A stretch of DNA of 64,000 bases from Planctomycetota bacterium (lineage in GTDB: Bacteria > Planctomycetota > SZUA-567 > H5-PLA8), in contig BTVV01000004.1 in the NCBI GenBank assembly GCA_045863855.1, positions 5,353-69,352 of the forward strand, read 5' to 3'. Each line of letters begins with the position of its first letter. Within the stretch, counting starts at the first letter, position 1. Of this stretch, positions 24,324-34,518 are shown piece after piece. Made by a program: the position numbers and the translations under genes. Under the pieces are notes generated by a model. The model was not told the origin of the DNA, did not search any database, and saw only the letters and a list, made by a program, of their open reading frames with translations.

Positions 24324-25781
24324 TTAAGGCTTCAACTGCGCGTCCAGCCAAGGTAAGCTGCGTGAGCCTTCGAAGAAATGCCCTCCGTCAAAAATGTGCA
24401 AGCGTAAGCGCTCGCGGGCGCCGGCGGCTTCGTACACGGCCTCGATCCGCCGCCAGGCTTCCAAGGCAAAGACCTCCGGCGATGTTCCGTCGTCGGCGCC
24501 CAGTTCCAGAAAAAGCGCGCGTGGCGCCGCCAGCGCGTACAAGTCCGGCAGGTCGGCTTCAGCCAGCAGCCCCGGCAGCAAGTACTTCACGCAGCCTTGC
24601 CCGAACAGCACGCGTTCGCGCAACAGGTTCAGCGCTCCGCTGACGACGACCGCCTGGACGCGGCGGTCGAGCGCCGCGCAGAGGCCGCTAGTGCGACCGC
24701 CCAGCGAAAGGCCCAGCACGCCCAGCCGTGAGCCGTCGACTTCCGGGCGCGCGGCGAGTACGTCCAGCCACGTGCGCCATTCGAGGGCCTCAGTCTGGGC
24801 CGGCCAGCGCCCGGCGGAAAGCCCGCGCAGGAACTGAACGTCGCACGGATCGCGCTTATAGCGTTCGGACTGCGCGAGCGGATCGCGGCGCGTGCCGAAG
24901 TTCCGAATATCGGGCGCCAGCACCACGTACCCGCGTCGTGCCAACAGCACGCCGTAATCGCGATGCCCGTCGGACGGCAGCGCGCCGGTAACGCGCCCGC
25001 GCCCCGGCCCGTGTCCGTGCAGCGCCAGAACACCGGGCACCGAACGCGTCAGACCCAGAGGCACAAGCAACGTCGCTTCCGCCGCCACGTCACCGGGCAG
25101 ACCCACAGAAAGTTCGTAGCGCTGCAGCCCGTCGGCCTCGCACGCATGGAGCACCGTGACATGAAGTGGCCGACCGGCCTCGAGTTGAAGCAACTCTTCC
25201 CAGTACGCACGCAGGCCTTCGGCCCAGCGCGCGGCGTCTTGTCCGCGCGTAAACTCGCGCGCGCCCGGCCGATTCAGCGCGCGGTACTCCGGCGTCGCGC
25301 CAGAATCGGCATCCGCAGAACTAGCCTCCGGAACGGCAACAACCACCGGCGCTTGAAGATCCGCCAGCCGCACGCACGCAAAGGCGCTGGCGGCGGCTTC
25401 GAACTCGAGGTCCAGTACGTTTGCGCCCGCAGCAAGCTGCAGCGGCCAGCGCGCGGATTCGGGAACAAGCGCCCAGTCCGGCGGGCGCGTCGCTCCCGTT
25501 TGGGTTCCGCACGCCCAGCGCACGCCGCGAAAGGTGCCCAGCTCCAAAGTTACTATCTGAACTGCACTGCTATGCAGGACACAGGCGATGCGGCAGCGGC
25601 CGTCCACCGCGTGGAGCTTGCGCGGCTGCAGAGAGAAATCGAGACCCAGGTCCACCGGCGCGGCGGCTAGTATTCCGTCCGCGTCGAGCGCCGTGCCGAA
25701 GGTTCCTGCGGGCTGCGCAAACCACGTCACGAAGCCTTCCAAGCCTGCTCTGCGTGCTAACGCGCGAACGAACATGCGCAC
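24324..25781 (-). CDS. Alpha/beta hydrolase (dienelactone hydrolase / acetyl-xylan-esterase-like) with an N-terminal roughly 200-aa domain of unknown function
   Basis: The nucleophile elbow is GLSLGG, preceded by ..LALHGHG.. and ..GYVVLAPD... A C-terminal ..FDGGHFF.. is His-containing. Confidence 0.7.
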   Translation of the reverse strand: MRMFVRALARRAGLEGFVTWFAQPAGTFGTALDADGILAAAPVDLGLDFSLQPRKLHAVDGRCRIACVLHSSAVQIVTLELGTFRGVRWACGTQTGATRPPDWALVPESARWPLQLAAGANVLDLEFEAAASAFACVRLADLQAPVVVAVPEASSADADSGATPEYRALNRPGAREFTRGQDAARWAEGLRAYWEELLQLEAGRPLHVTVLHACEADGLQRYELSVGLPGDVAAEATLLVPLGLTRSVPGVLALHGHGPGRGRVTGALPSDGHRDYGVLLARRGYVVLAPDIRNFGTRRDPLAQSERYKRDPCDVQFLRGLSAGRWPAQTEALEWRTWLDVLAARPEVDGSRLGVLGLSLGGRTSGLCAALDRRVQAVVVSGALNLLRERVLFGQGCVKYLLPGLLAEADLPDLYALAAPRALFLELGADDGTSPEVFALEAWRRIEAVYEAAGARERLRLHIFDGGHFFEGSRSLPWLDAQLKP

Positions 25782-25791
25782 AACTCCCTGC

Positions 25792-26961
25792 CTACGGTGT
25801 GGTCCGGTTAGGCGTCCAAGCCGGCAATACGATGCCGAGCTGCTCGAACAAAGCCGCGAGATCTTCCGGCGGCGGCGCGGTAAGCGTCAGCGGATGGGCG
25901 TGAATCGGATGCGCCAGCTCCAGCGCCTCGGCGTGAAGGCAAACGCGCGGGCGCACGTCGCCGAAGGCCGGGTGGGACTCCACGCCGCCGTACGCGATGT
26001 CGCCGACGAGCGGAAACCCGAGCGTTTTGGCGTGAATGCGAATCTGGTGGCTGCGGCCGGTGCGCGGATGTGCGCGCAGAGCGGAGAATCCTCCGCACTT
26101 CGAGACGGCTACCCGCACGTAGCGCGTCTGGGACTCGCGGGCGTCGATGCCGTCGATGGACATAACGTGCTTGTCCGCCGGATCCACGCCGATGGCCGCA
26201 TCGATCTCGGTCGCGTCCCACTCCGGCACGCCTTGCACGAGGCAAAGGTATGTCTTCTTAAGTAAGCGGTTCTCGAACTGGCGCGTCAGGTCGGCGTGCG
26301 CTTTCTTATCGAGCGCGTAGATCATCACGCCGCTGGTGGGCTCGTCGAGACGGTGGACGGTCCCCAAGTGGAAGGACGGGTCGGCTTCGAGCTGTTCGCG
26401 AAAGTAATGCAGCAAGCCGTTGTAGAGCGTGCCCTTCGCGTTCCCGCGCGCCGGGTGCACGACCACGCCGGCGGGCTTGACCAACGCGATGACGAATTCG
26501 TCCTCGTACAGCACTTCGAACGGAATCTCTTCGGGATCGTGCTTGCTGGGCTGATCCAGCACGATGGTGACGCGCTCGCCATGCGCGACATGCCGGCTCG
26601 ACTTCACCGGCTGCCCGTCGATCAATACCTTGCCGTCTTTGATCATTTGTTGCAGGAAGCTGCGCGAGTATCCGCGAAAGCGGAGTTGGAGGTATTTATC
26701 CAGTCGCCTCGGCGCGCCGGGACGCAGTTGCCCGATCTCGAACTCGTAGCACTCCGGCCCGCCGCGTCGCGCGCGGGGGAAATCGAACTTCGTCTTCAGG
26801 CCGTGCGGTCGAACCCAAACCGGTTCGCCGTCTTCGCCCATCTCGAGCCGCTCGGCATTGGAAGGATGCGACGCGCCCATGTCCGGTTCCACCGCGAACG
26901 CGCCGACCGCGCGCTCCGACACCCGTATGGTACCCGGGAGTCTGCGGGCGCGCTCAGCCAA
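25792..26961 (-). CDS. rluD: RluA-family 23S rRNA pseudouridine synthase (RluD-like) with an S4 domain and an N-terminal extension
   Basis: The S4 motif is RLDKYLQLRF..IKDGKVLIDGQPVK, the catalytic block is HRLDEPTSGVMIYA, and the C-terminal block is ..HQIRIHAK..GFPLVGD..YG... The track start is TTG 26961. ATGs at 26880 and 26841 are alternatives. Confidence 0.88.
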   Translation of the reverse strand: MAERARRLPGTIRVSERAVGAFAVEPDMGASHPSNAERLEMGEDGEPVWVRPHGLKTKFDFPRARRGGPECYEFEIGQLRPGAPRRLDKYLQLRFRGYSRSFLQQMIKDGKVLIDGQPVKSSRHVAHGERVTIVLDQPSKHDPEEIPFEVLYEDEFVIALVKPAGVVVHPARGNAKGTLYNGLLHYFREQLEADPSFHLGTVHRLDEPTSGVMIYALDKKAHADLTRQFENRLLKKTYLCLVQGVPEWDATEIDAAIGVDPADKHVMSIDGIDARESQTRYVRVAVSKCGGFSALRAHPRTGRSHQIRIHAKTLGFPLVGDIAYGGVESHPAFGDVRPRVCLHAEALELAHPIHAHPLTLTAPPPEDLAALFEQLGIVLPAWTPNRTTP

Positions 26962-27078
26962 GCCGTGGATGGCGCCGGACCGGGTTACTTCAATATAGCT
27001 TCCATCGCCGCGCGCTGTGGGTGCCCCGGATGCAGATCCAACGCCCGCCTGAGGAACTTACGGCGCTCCCTGCGAGAT

Positions 27079-28707
27079 TCAGGGCATTGCGTGTTTCGGT
27101 CCGCTTTCGCCCGGTTTACGCATGCCGGCTTGGATGCAGGCTTCCTTTAAGCGGCGTTTATCCGCTTCGGCAAGTTCCAGAATCTGCAAGCCCAATACCC
27201 ACGCGCCGGGCGAATCGGGTTCGTTGGTTTTCACGAAGCGTAAGCTGCACAGGCATTTCACCGGCTGCGGCTCGATCAACACCGTCATGCTCACGCATAA
27301 CCCGCGGCGGCGGAGGTCTTCGGGAGAGCCCAAGCCCGGATCGGGGCCTTCGATCGAGAATCCGCCTTCGCTGATGTCCACCGTGCGGCCCTGGCATTCG
27401 GCGTCGGCGACGACCCGGCCCAAGCGGTTACAGAATTGGTAACGCACCGGGAATTCGCAGCGATAGCGCATGTGGCGGCGTTCGTTGCGCTTTTCCTTGG
27501 GTCGCAGTTGATCGATCGCGAGCAGCACCAGGTCTTCCTGAGCGAGGAATATTTCGATATGCCTCTGCGAGATGCGTTCCATCTCTTCGAGCACGTCGGC
27601 GGGCAGCGGATTGGCCACGGCGATGCAGAGTACTCGGCGCGATTCGTCGAAGGGCACGAACTCATGCCGCTGCATCATCGGAAACGGAAAGACATGCGCC
27701 AAGGACTCTGGAATTTCTGCGCCCTGCAGGTCGGTCATCGGCAATCCGGACTGCAAAGCCAGCGCACGGCAGAGTTCGTCGGGCTGGATCAACCCTTCTC
27801 GAAGCAAGTAGCGGCCTAAGCGTTCGCCCGAAAAACGCGAACGCTCGACGGCGGCAGCGATTTCGTCGTCGCCGAGCTTGCCCATGTGGACCAGTATTTC
27901 TCCGACGCGCTTGCCGCGAAAGGGATCGGCAGCGCGCGGTTCAACATCTTCTTCGGCCAAAGGCGGCGGAGGCGGGGGCGCGAGCGGCGAACCATCCGAT
28001 TCGCTCGCGGCCTCCGTAGCTTCCGGCACTTCGGACGGAGGCGGATCCGGAGGAGTTTCCCGCGGCTGAAGAGCGTGCAATTCCGCAGCTGCTTCGGCAG
28101 GGCTCAATTCTTCCAAGGCCGGATACCCGGCCGGTGCGGCGTGGAGGCTGGCGTTGGTAGAAGGAACGGCCGGCGTGCGCGTGCCGCTGACCGGCGCGGG
28201 CGGCACATCCGGACGCGCACGGTCCCCGCGTTCGACGCGCGTCGTGGTCGTCGAGCCTTTGGTGCTGGCCCCCACCAGATAGGCCGCCGAATCGACCACC
28301 TTGCCGGTGCCGAACGCGTCGCGAACCTTGTCGGTGGCGAAAAAGAGCATCACCTTCTGAAGCAACTCGCGCTGCTCGCGCGAGACGTTGCGGAACTGCA
28401 AGCCTAGTTCCATGCCGCCGCCGGCGGTGGGATCCAAGCGGCGGATCTCGACTTCTAACGGCACATTCCTGAGATGGGGCGGACAGGTGAGTTCGATGTT
28501 CAGCGGACGCTGCGGCCCGAGCACGCGTTTCCATGCATCGGCGACGGCGGCATCCAAGGCGTGCAGCGGCGCGAGGCAGCGGCAGCCGCCTTCGCTCATA
28601 TCCAACAAGTTACAAGCTACGGAGGGAACCCCTCCGTAACGCAGCAGCACGATGCCATCGCCCACCCGGAGGCGGACGTTGGTCCTGAGCCGCTCTTCTT
28701 TGCTCAT
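27079..28707 (-). CDS. PilZ - MshEN/T2SSE_N - PilZ protein (putative multi-site c-di-GMP receptor)
   Basis: N-terminal PilZ: RTNVR (RxxxR) and DMSEGG (DxSxxG). Centre: two 24-residue motifs, RVGEILVHMGKLGDDEIAAAVERS and RLGRYLLREGLIQPDELCRALALQ, separated by 5 residues, followed by a GspE-N-like fold (..FPFPMMQRHEFVPFDES..LCIAVANP..). C-terminal PilZ: RNERR and DISEGG. Confidence 0.85.
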   Translation of the reverse strand: MSKEERLRTNVRLRVGDGIVLLRYGGVPSVACNLLDMSEGGCRCLAPLHALDAAVADAWKRVLGPQRPLNIELTCPPHLRNVPLEVEIRRLDPTAGGGMELGLQFRNVSREQRELLQKVMLFFATDKVRDAFGTGKVVDSAAYLVGASTKGSTTTTRVERGDRARPDVPPAPVSGTRTPAVPSTNASLHAAPAGYPALEELSPAEAAAELHALQPRETPPDPPPSEVPEATEAASESDGSPLAPPPPPPLAEEDVEPRAADPFRGKRVGEILVHMGKLGDDEIAAAVERSRFSGERLGRYLLREGLIQPDELCRALALQSGLPMTDLQGAEIPESLAHVFPFPMMQRHEFVPFDESRRVLCIAVANPLPADVLEEMERISQRHIEIFLAQEDLVLLAIDQLRPKEKRNERRHMRYRCEFPVRYQFCNRLGRVVADAECQGRTVDISEGGFSIEGPDPGLGSPEDLRRRGLCVSMTVLIEPQPVKCLCSLRFVKTNEPDSPGAWVLGLQILELAEADKRRLKEACIQAGMRKPGESGPKHAMP

Positions 28708-28846
28708 GCGCTCGTAAGCCGCTCCCCCGGCAGGCCGCTGCGGCGCAGACCGGTCCCATCAGGATAGCGCGCTAAGTGAAGGTGTACAACCGTCTTGCGG
28801 AAGGGTCCGGCGGCGGTTCGCGCCACCGCAGGACCGGTTCAGGGGA

Positions 28847-29590
28847 TCAACCAAGCAGCTTGGCGAGAAGAAATTCCCGATTGAGCCGCGCGATGTTGTC
28901 GAGGCTGATGGATTTCGGGCACTCGGCCTCGCAGGCGCCGGTATTGGTGCAGTTTCCGAACCCGACTTCGTCCATGGTCTGGACCATAGATTTCACGCGC
29001 TTGCGGCTTTCGGGCTGGCCCTGGGGCAGCAGCGCGAGGTGGCTGACCTTGGCGCTGACGAAGAGCATGGCGCTGGCGTTCTTGCACGCGGCTACGCAGG
29101 CCCCGCAGCCGATGCAGGCCGCCGCATCCATCGCTCGTTCGGCGTCGTCCTTCGGGACCGGCAGACCATTGGCGTCGGGCGCGTTGCCTGTGTTGATGCT
29201 GATGAAGCCGCCGGCTTGGATGATTTTGTCGAAAGCGCTGCGGTCGACCACCAGATCGCGCACGACCGGGAAGGCCTGAGCGCGCCAAGGCTCGAGCGTC
29301 AAGGTGTCGCCGTCCCGGAAGTTGCGCATGTAGAGCTGGCAGGTGGTGACCGCGTTGCGCGGGCCGTGCGGGCGGCCGTTGATGGCGATACCGCATGTTC
29401 CGCAGATACCTTCGCGGCAATCGTGGTCGAACGCGATGGGCTCTTCGCCCTTCGCTTCCATCTCGTTATTGACCACGTCCAGCATCTCGAGGAACGAAGC
29501 GTCCGGCGAAATGTCCTTGGCCTGATAGGTCACGAACTGCCCGGAGCTTTGCCCGTTCTTCTGGCGCCACACGTTCAAGGTGAAGTTCAT
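28847..29590 (-). CDS. sdhB: Succinate dehydrogenase/fumarate reductase iron-sulfur subunit
   Basis: The Cys clusters are [10 protein letters not shown] (2Fe-2S), [11 protein letters not shown] (4Fe-4S) and [12 protein letters not shown] (3Fe-4S). Confidence 0.93.
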   Translation of the reverse strand: MNFTLNVWRQKNGQSSGQFVTYQAKDISPDASFLEMLDVVNNEMEAKGEEPIAFDHDCREGICGTCGIAINGRPHGPRNAVTTCQLYMRNFRDGDTLTLEPWRAQAFPVVRDLVVDRSAFDKIIQAGGFISINTGNAPDANGLPVPKDDAERAMDAAACIGCGACVAACKNASAMLFVSAKVSHLALLPQGQPESRKRVKSMVQTMDEVGFGNCTNTGACEAECPKSISLDNIARLNREFLLAKLLG

Positions 29591-29632
29591 CGCGTTCTCT
29601 CCCGGACCGCGCCGCTGCGCGAACCGATGGCC

Positions 29633-31546
29633 TTACTTGTAACTGCGCACGCTTAACGGAACGTGCTCGAACTCGAGCTTCTCGATGTTGCGCAGGGGCT
29701 TCTGCCCCTCGCCTTGGTACTCCCATGCCGCAACGTGGCAGAAATTTTCATCGTCGCGCTGGCATTCGCCTTCGGCGGTCTGGAACTCTTCGCGGAAATG
29801 CCCGCCGCACGACTCGCGCCGCTCAAGTGCGTCCCGCGCGGTCAGTTCGCCAAATTCCAGGAAATCGGCCACACGGCCGGCCCGCTCAAGCGCTTGGTTC
29901 AGATCGGCGTCGCTACCCGGCACGTTAACGTTCTGCCAGAATTCCTCCCGCAGCGCGGGTACTTTCTGGAGCAGCTCGTTCAGACCCTTTTCGTTGCGCG
30001 CCATGCCGCAATGTTCCCACATCAGCAGGCCCAGCTCTTTATGGAAGCTGTCCACGGTGCGCTTGCCTTTGATCGTGAGCAGCTTCTTGTTCATGCCGAC
30101 GACCTTGTTTTCGGCATCCTTGAAGGCCGCATGTTCGGTATCGACCTTGCCGGGCTTGGCGCTCGTGAGGTAATGGCCGAGCGTGTAGGGAATGATGAAG
30201 TAACCGTCAGCGAGGCCCTGCATGAGGGCGCTGGCGCCCAGGCGGTTCGCGCCGTGATCGCTGAAGTTGGCTTCGCCCAGCACGAAGCAGCCCGGAATGG
30301 TGCTCTGCAAGTGGTAATCGACCCACAGCCCACCCATCGTGTAGTGCACGGCGGGGTAGATGCGCATGGGCTGCTCGTAGCCGTCTTCGTTGGTGATGTT
30401 GTGGTACATCTCGAAAAGTTCTTTGTACTTCTCTTCGAGCTTCTTGCGGCCCTGGGTCTTGAGCGCATCGCGGAAATCGAGATACACGCCGCGCCCACCG
30501 GGACCGACGCCGCGGCCGGCATCGCATTGTTCTTTCGCGGCTCGGCTGGAGATGTCACGGGGCGCCAAGTTGCCGTAGGTCGGATATTTCCGTTCGAGGT
30601 AGTAATCGCGTTCGGCATCGGGAATCTGATTCGCCGGACGCTTGTCGCCAGCCTGCTTGGGCACCCAGACGCGGCCGTCGTTGCGCAGCGACTCGGACAT
30701 CAGCGTCAGCTTGGACTGGTAGTCGCCGCTGACGGGGATGCAGGTCGGGTGAATCTGCGTGTAGCAGGGGTTGGCCATGCAAGCGCCGCGCTTGTACGCG
30801 CGCCAGATCGCGGAGACGTTGCAGCCCTTCGCGTTGGTCGAGAGATAGAATAGATTGCCGTAGCCGCCGGTGCAGAGCAGCACTGCATCGCCCAGCCAAC
30901 GTTCGACTTTGCCGGTGACCATGTCGCGGGTGATGATGCCGCGCGCGTGCCCATCGGCGACAACCACGTCGAGCATCTCGTGGCGCGTATGGCTCTTCAC
31001 CTTGCCCGCGGCGACCTGGCGCATCAACGCCTGGTACGCTCCGAGCAACAGTTGCTGACCGGTCTGGCCACGCGCATAGAACGTGCGGCTGACGAGCGCG
31101 CCGCCGAAGGAGCGGTTGGCCAGGAGTCCGCCGTACTCGCGGGCAAACGGCACGCCCTGCGCGACGCACTGGTCGATGATGTTCACGCTGATCTCGGCGA
31201 GGCGGTGGATATTGGCCTCGCGCCCGCGCCATTCGCCGCCTTTCACCGTGTCGTAAAAGAGGCGCCAGACGCTGTCACCGTCGTTCTGGTAGTTTTTGGC
31301 CGCATTGATGCCGCCCTGCGCGGCGATGCTGTGCGCGCGACGCGGACTGTCCTGGTAGCAGAAGGTGTGGACGTTGTAACCCAGCTCCGCGAGCGTCGCC
31401 GCGGCGCTGGCGCCGGCCAGCCCGGTGCCGACCACGAGGATCGTGTATTTGCGCTTATTCGCCGGGTTGACCAGCTTCATGTTGAAGCGGTGCTGGTCCC
31501 ACTTCTGCTGGATCGGACCCGGGGGGATTTTGGAGTCGAGTTGCAT
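29633..31546 (-). CDS. sdhA: Succinate dehydrogenase/fumarate reductase flavoprotein subunit
   Basis: The FAD fold is [19 protein letters not shown] and the covalent-FAD His context is [14 protein letters not shown]. At 637 aa it is a typical long type-B enzyme. Confidence 0.93.
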   Translation of the reverse strand: MQLDSKIPPGPIQQKWDQHRFNMKLVNPANKRKYTILVVGTGLAGASAAATLAELGYNVHTFCYQDSPRRAHSIAAQGGINAAKNYQNDGDSVWRLFYDTVKGGEWRGREANIHRLAEISVNIIDQCVAQGVPFAREYGGLLANRSFGGALVSRTFYARGQTGQQLLLGAYQALMRQVAAGKVKSHTRHEMLDVVVADGHARGIITRDMVTGKVERWLGDAVLLCTGGYGNLFYLSTNAKGCNVSAIWRAYKRGACMANPCYTQIHPTCIPVSGDYQSKLTLMSESLRNDGRVWVPKQAGDKRPANQIPDAERDYYLERKYPTYGNLAPRDISSRAAKEQCDAGRGVGPGGRGVYLDFRDALKTQGRKKLEEKYKELFEMYHNITNEDGYEQPMRIYPAVHYTMGGLWVDYHLQSTIPGCFVLGEANFSDHGANRLGASALMQGLADGYFIIPYTLGHYLTSAKPGKVDTEHAAFKDAENKVVGMNKKLLTIKGKRTVDSFHKELGLLMWEHCGMARNEKGLNELLQKVPALREEFWQNVNVPGSDADLNQALERAGRVADFLEFGELTARDALERRESCGGHFREEFQTAEGECQRDDENFCHVAAWEYQGEGQKPLRNIEKLEFEHVPLSVRSYK

Positions 31547-31580
31547 GGCGCGCGAATTTCCTTGCTTAAAATCGAACCGG

Positions 31581-32264
31581 CTAGCGAACCGCTTCCGTCT
31601 TCTGAATCAGTTCCTTCACGCCGTCCGGAAGCGGCGTGCGCTTCTTACCGCTCAGCAGGCCGAAGAGCGGAAGCACCAGGAAGCCTAAGGCGATACCCCA
31701 ACCCAGAACCGTGCAGATCTGCTTCACCTTGCGGCGCTTCTCCGGCTTGATCAGCCCCAGCGTCTGAAAGAGACTCCAAAACCCGTGCGTCAGGTGCGTC
31801 CCGAGGATCAGCATCGAGAAGATGTAAAAGAGCGCCACTCCGGGATTGGCAAACTCGTTCATCACCAGCGCGTACAAACTGCCGCCGAACTCTTCGCGTG
31901 GACCGAACTTGAAGCCCCTCACATGCAGGATCACGAAGAGCGCCACGAGGACACCGCTGACGATCATGAATCGGCTAGGCGCTTCGGATTGATTATCGTT
32001 GACGGCGTAGCCTTGGGGACCTCGCGCGGCCTTATTCTCGGCAGTTAGCTTGATCGCCAGAACCACGTGCACGACAAAAATTGCCGCGAGCCCGATCTCC
32101 GCGACGATCAAAAGCGGACCCATCGCTTCCAAGCGCGCGGCATAGCCGTCGAACGCGGTGCTCCCGCCAAAAAGGAACAGGTTGCCTGCCAGGTGCGTGA
32201 CCAGGAAGCCGATCAGCGCCAGTCCCGTAAGCGCCACTAGCGTCTTCTTTAGAATGGAATTCAT
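31581..32264 (-). CDS. sdhC: Succinate dehydrogenase cytochrome b558 subunit
   Basis: A five-TM protein directly upstream of sdhA with the motif ..[18 protein letters not shown]... ATG 32264 has GGGAGAGG immediately upstream. The ORF track starts at TTG 32309. Confidence 0.85.
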   Translation of the reverse strand: MNSILKKTLVALTGLALIGFLVTHLAGNLFLFGGSTAFDGYAARLEAMGPLLIVAEIGLAAIFVVHVVLAIKLTAENKAARGPQGYAVNDNQSEAPSRFMIVSGVLVALFVILHVRGFKFGPREEFGGSLYALVMNEFANPGVALFYIFSMLILGTHLTHGFWSLFQTLGLIKPEKRRKVKQICTVLGWGIALGFLVLPLFGLLSGKKRTPLPDGVKELIQKTEAVR

Positions 32265-32544
32265 GCCTCTCCCGCCCACGGAAGGTTTCGGACTCGATGT
32301 CGTCGCCAAGGCTCGCCCTTCCTTTTAGGTTTGAAGGGCACGCGCTGCAAGCTCCGAACGCTTCATCCAAGCTTTGGTCCTCAAAAGGTTAAGCTAATTT
32401 TGAACGAGCCTGAGGCCAGAAGAGCCGCAAGCGCCTAATAATGGAAGGCGGAAACGAATCCACGAAAGCGGCACGCAAGGCAGGTGCATACGAATCGTTA
32501 GCCTTTCGTCGGTTCGTTCTATTTCGAGCACTTGGAAATGCACG

Positions 32545-32823
32545 ATGAGCGAAACAGCCGAAAATCCACCGCCGGCCTCCACGCCTCGTACCGACAAGCG
32601 GACGGCTAAACCTTCAACCGCACCCCCGACCTCAGACAACCGCTTCGCGGCTTCTACGCCTCCGTTCACCCGAGCGGTAGGGATCTTCATCCTTTTCTGT
32701 GCGCTGGGAGTTTGTGGATACGCGCTCTATACGCAGCAATGGTTTCACGGGGCGGCGGTATTAGTGGGCGGCGGCTACTTGGGTCTTCGGCTCAGTGGCC
32801 GCCTGCCCAAGCGCAAAGCCTGA
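32545..32823 (+). CDS. Small hypothetical membrane protein (two TM helices, Pro/Thr-rich N-terminus)
   Basis: The ORF sits in an otherwise empty gap. Its hydrophobic segments are VGIFILFCALGVCGYAL and GAAVLVGGGYLGL. I see no recognisable family and no Shine-Dalgarno (SD) sequence. Confidence 0.3.
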   Translation: MSETAENPPPASTPRTDKRTAKPSTAPPTSDNRFAASTPPFTRAVGIFILFCALGVCGYALYTQQWFHGAAVLVGGGYLGLRLSGRLPKRKA

Positions 32824-32904
32824 AGCTTCAGGCATGTCCGGCGTTCGCCACATTTCCAAGTCTTGGGTATGCTGAACGCTCTTCCTGGCGCGGAGCGTCT
32901 GACC

Positions 32905-34518
32905 ATGGGCACTCTCACTTTCGATTGGCTGATTCGCGGCGCTCGCGTCATCGACGGGACCGGCAGTCCGTGGTTCCGTGGTGATGTTGCACTGACAGGC
33001 GATCGGATCGCCGCGGTCATGCCGATGGGCCTGTTGTCGCCATCGGATGCGCGGGAAGTGTTCGACGCCCAGGACCGAGCCGTAGCACCGGGCTTCATCG
33101 ATTTGCAGAGCCACTCGATCACGTCCCTGATGGCGGATGGGCGCTGCGTTTCGAAGCTGCTGCAGGGCGTGACCACCGAGATCATGGGCGAAACGTGGGT
33201 GCCCGCCCCGCACGGCGGCAAATGCAATGCGCTGCCGGGCGAATGGAAAGATCGCGCGAAGCATTGGACGCGCTTCCGGCACTGGTTCGACGATCTGGTC
33301 GGCCGTGGCGTGGGACCGAACGTCGGTTCGTTCATGGCCGCCGGCACGCTGCGCAGTTTGGCCTGTGGGATGCGCATGGGCCGGGCGAATGAAACGGAAC
33401 TGGAACGGCAGCGGCAGTTGATGGCCGAGACGATGCGCGATGGCGCGTTCGGGATCAGCTACGCGCTCATCTATCCACCCGATACTTATGTGGAGTTGGA
33501 CGAAATCGTGGAAGTCTCCGCCGTGGCCGCCCGATACGGCGGCGTTTACATCACGCATATGCGCTCTGAAAGCGACAAGCTGCTGGAAGGCCTGGACGAA
33601 GCGTTCGTGATCGGCCGGCGCGCGAGCATTCCGGTGGAAGTGTACCATTTGAAAGCCGCGGGCAAGAAAAACTGGCATCTGATGCCGCAGGCCATTGCGC
33701 GCATCGAGGCCGCACGCTCGACCGGCCAGGACGTGACCGCTTGCATGTACCCGTACATCGCGAGCGGCACGGGATTGAGCGCGATGGTTCCGAGTTGGGC
33801 GCACGCCGACGACCGGCTGTACGCGAACCTGCGCGACCCGGCGGTGCGCGCGACGATCCGCGCGGAGATGCTGAAAACCTATGGCGGAGGCGCGGAACTG
33901 GGTGCACGCGCCGAGGGCATTATGCCCGTGGGATTCACGCTTCCCGAGCATAAGGGCTATCCCGGAAAACGGCTTTCCGCCATCGCGGCGCTTCGCAAAC
34001 AGGACTGGATCGACGCGCTGCTGGATCTGCTTGCCGCTGAAGAGCAAAGCATCTTCACCATGTATTTCAGCATGAGCGAGAAGAACCTGCGGCTGCAGTT
34101 GCAGCAGCCCTGGATCAAGATCGCCAGCGACGCCGGTGGGCACGATCCGGCGGGATCAGAAACGCGCAATCCCACGCACCCGCGCGCGTACGGCACGTTC
34201 ACGCGCGTGCTGGGGCATTACGCGCGGGATCAGGGCGTGCTGACGATCGAGGATGCGGTGCGCAAGATGACCGGAGCGGTGGCCGCGCGGCTAAGCCTCA
34301 CCGACCGCGGCTACCTCCGTCCGGGCGCGTTCGCCGACGTGACGCTGTTCGATCCGGAAACCGTCGCCGACCGAGCGACGTTCGAAGAGACGCACCGAGC
34401 TTCGGTAGGCGTGCATGAAGTCTGGGTCAACGGGATCCGCGTCGTCTCGCAGGGAGCCGTGACTGGCACGCTTCCGGGGCGCTTCGTAACCGGGCCCGGC
34501 TATACGGGGCAACCCTGA
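32905..34518 (+). CDS. Amidohydrolase-superfamily protein, N-acyl-D-amino-acid deacylase (D-aminoacylase)-like
   Basis: The N-terminus FDWLIRGARVIDGTG..GDVALTGDRIAAV, then APGFIDLQSHS, QGVTTEI, and the C-terminal ..GYLRPGAFADVTLFDP..ATFE.. are typical of this family. ATG 32905 has GGAGCG 7 nt upstream. The ORF track starts at TTG 32863. Confidence 0.8.
   Translation: MGTLTFDWLIRGARVIDGTGSPWFRGDVALTGDRIAAVMPMGLLSPSDAREVFDAQDRAVAPGFIDLQSHSITSLMADGRCVSKLLQGVTTEIMGETWVPAPHGGKCNALPGEWKDRAKHWTRFRHWFDDLVGRGVGPNVGSFMAAGTLRSLACGMRMGRANETELERQRQLMAETMRDGAFGISYALIYPPDTYVELDEIVEVSAVAARYGGVYITHMRSESDKLLEGLDEAFVIGRRASIPVEVYHLKAAGKKNWHLMPQAIARIEAARSTGQDVTACMYPYIASGTGLSAMVPSWAHADDRLYANLRDPAVRATIRAEMLKTYGGGAELGARAEGIMPVGFTLPEHKGYPGKRLSAIAALRKQDWIDALLDLLAAEEQSIFTMYFSMSEKNLRLQLQQPWIKIASDAGGHDPAGSETRNPTHPRAYGTFTRVLGHYARDQGVLTIEDAVRKMTGAVAARLSLTDRGYLRPGAFADVTLFDPETVADRATFEETHRASVGVHEVWVNGIRVVSQGAVTGTLPGRFVTGPGYTGQP

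Noticed and set aside
32761-34143. A 460-aa ORF antisense to the amidohydrolase gene
   Set aside because: It has no recognisable motifs, and the plus-strand frame shows clear amidohydrolase family blocks.
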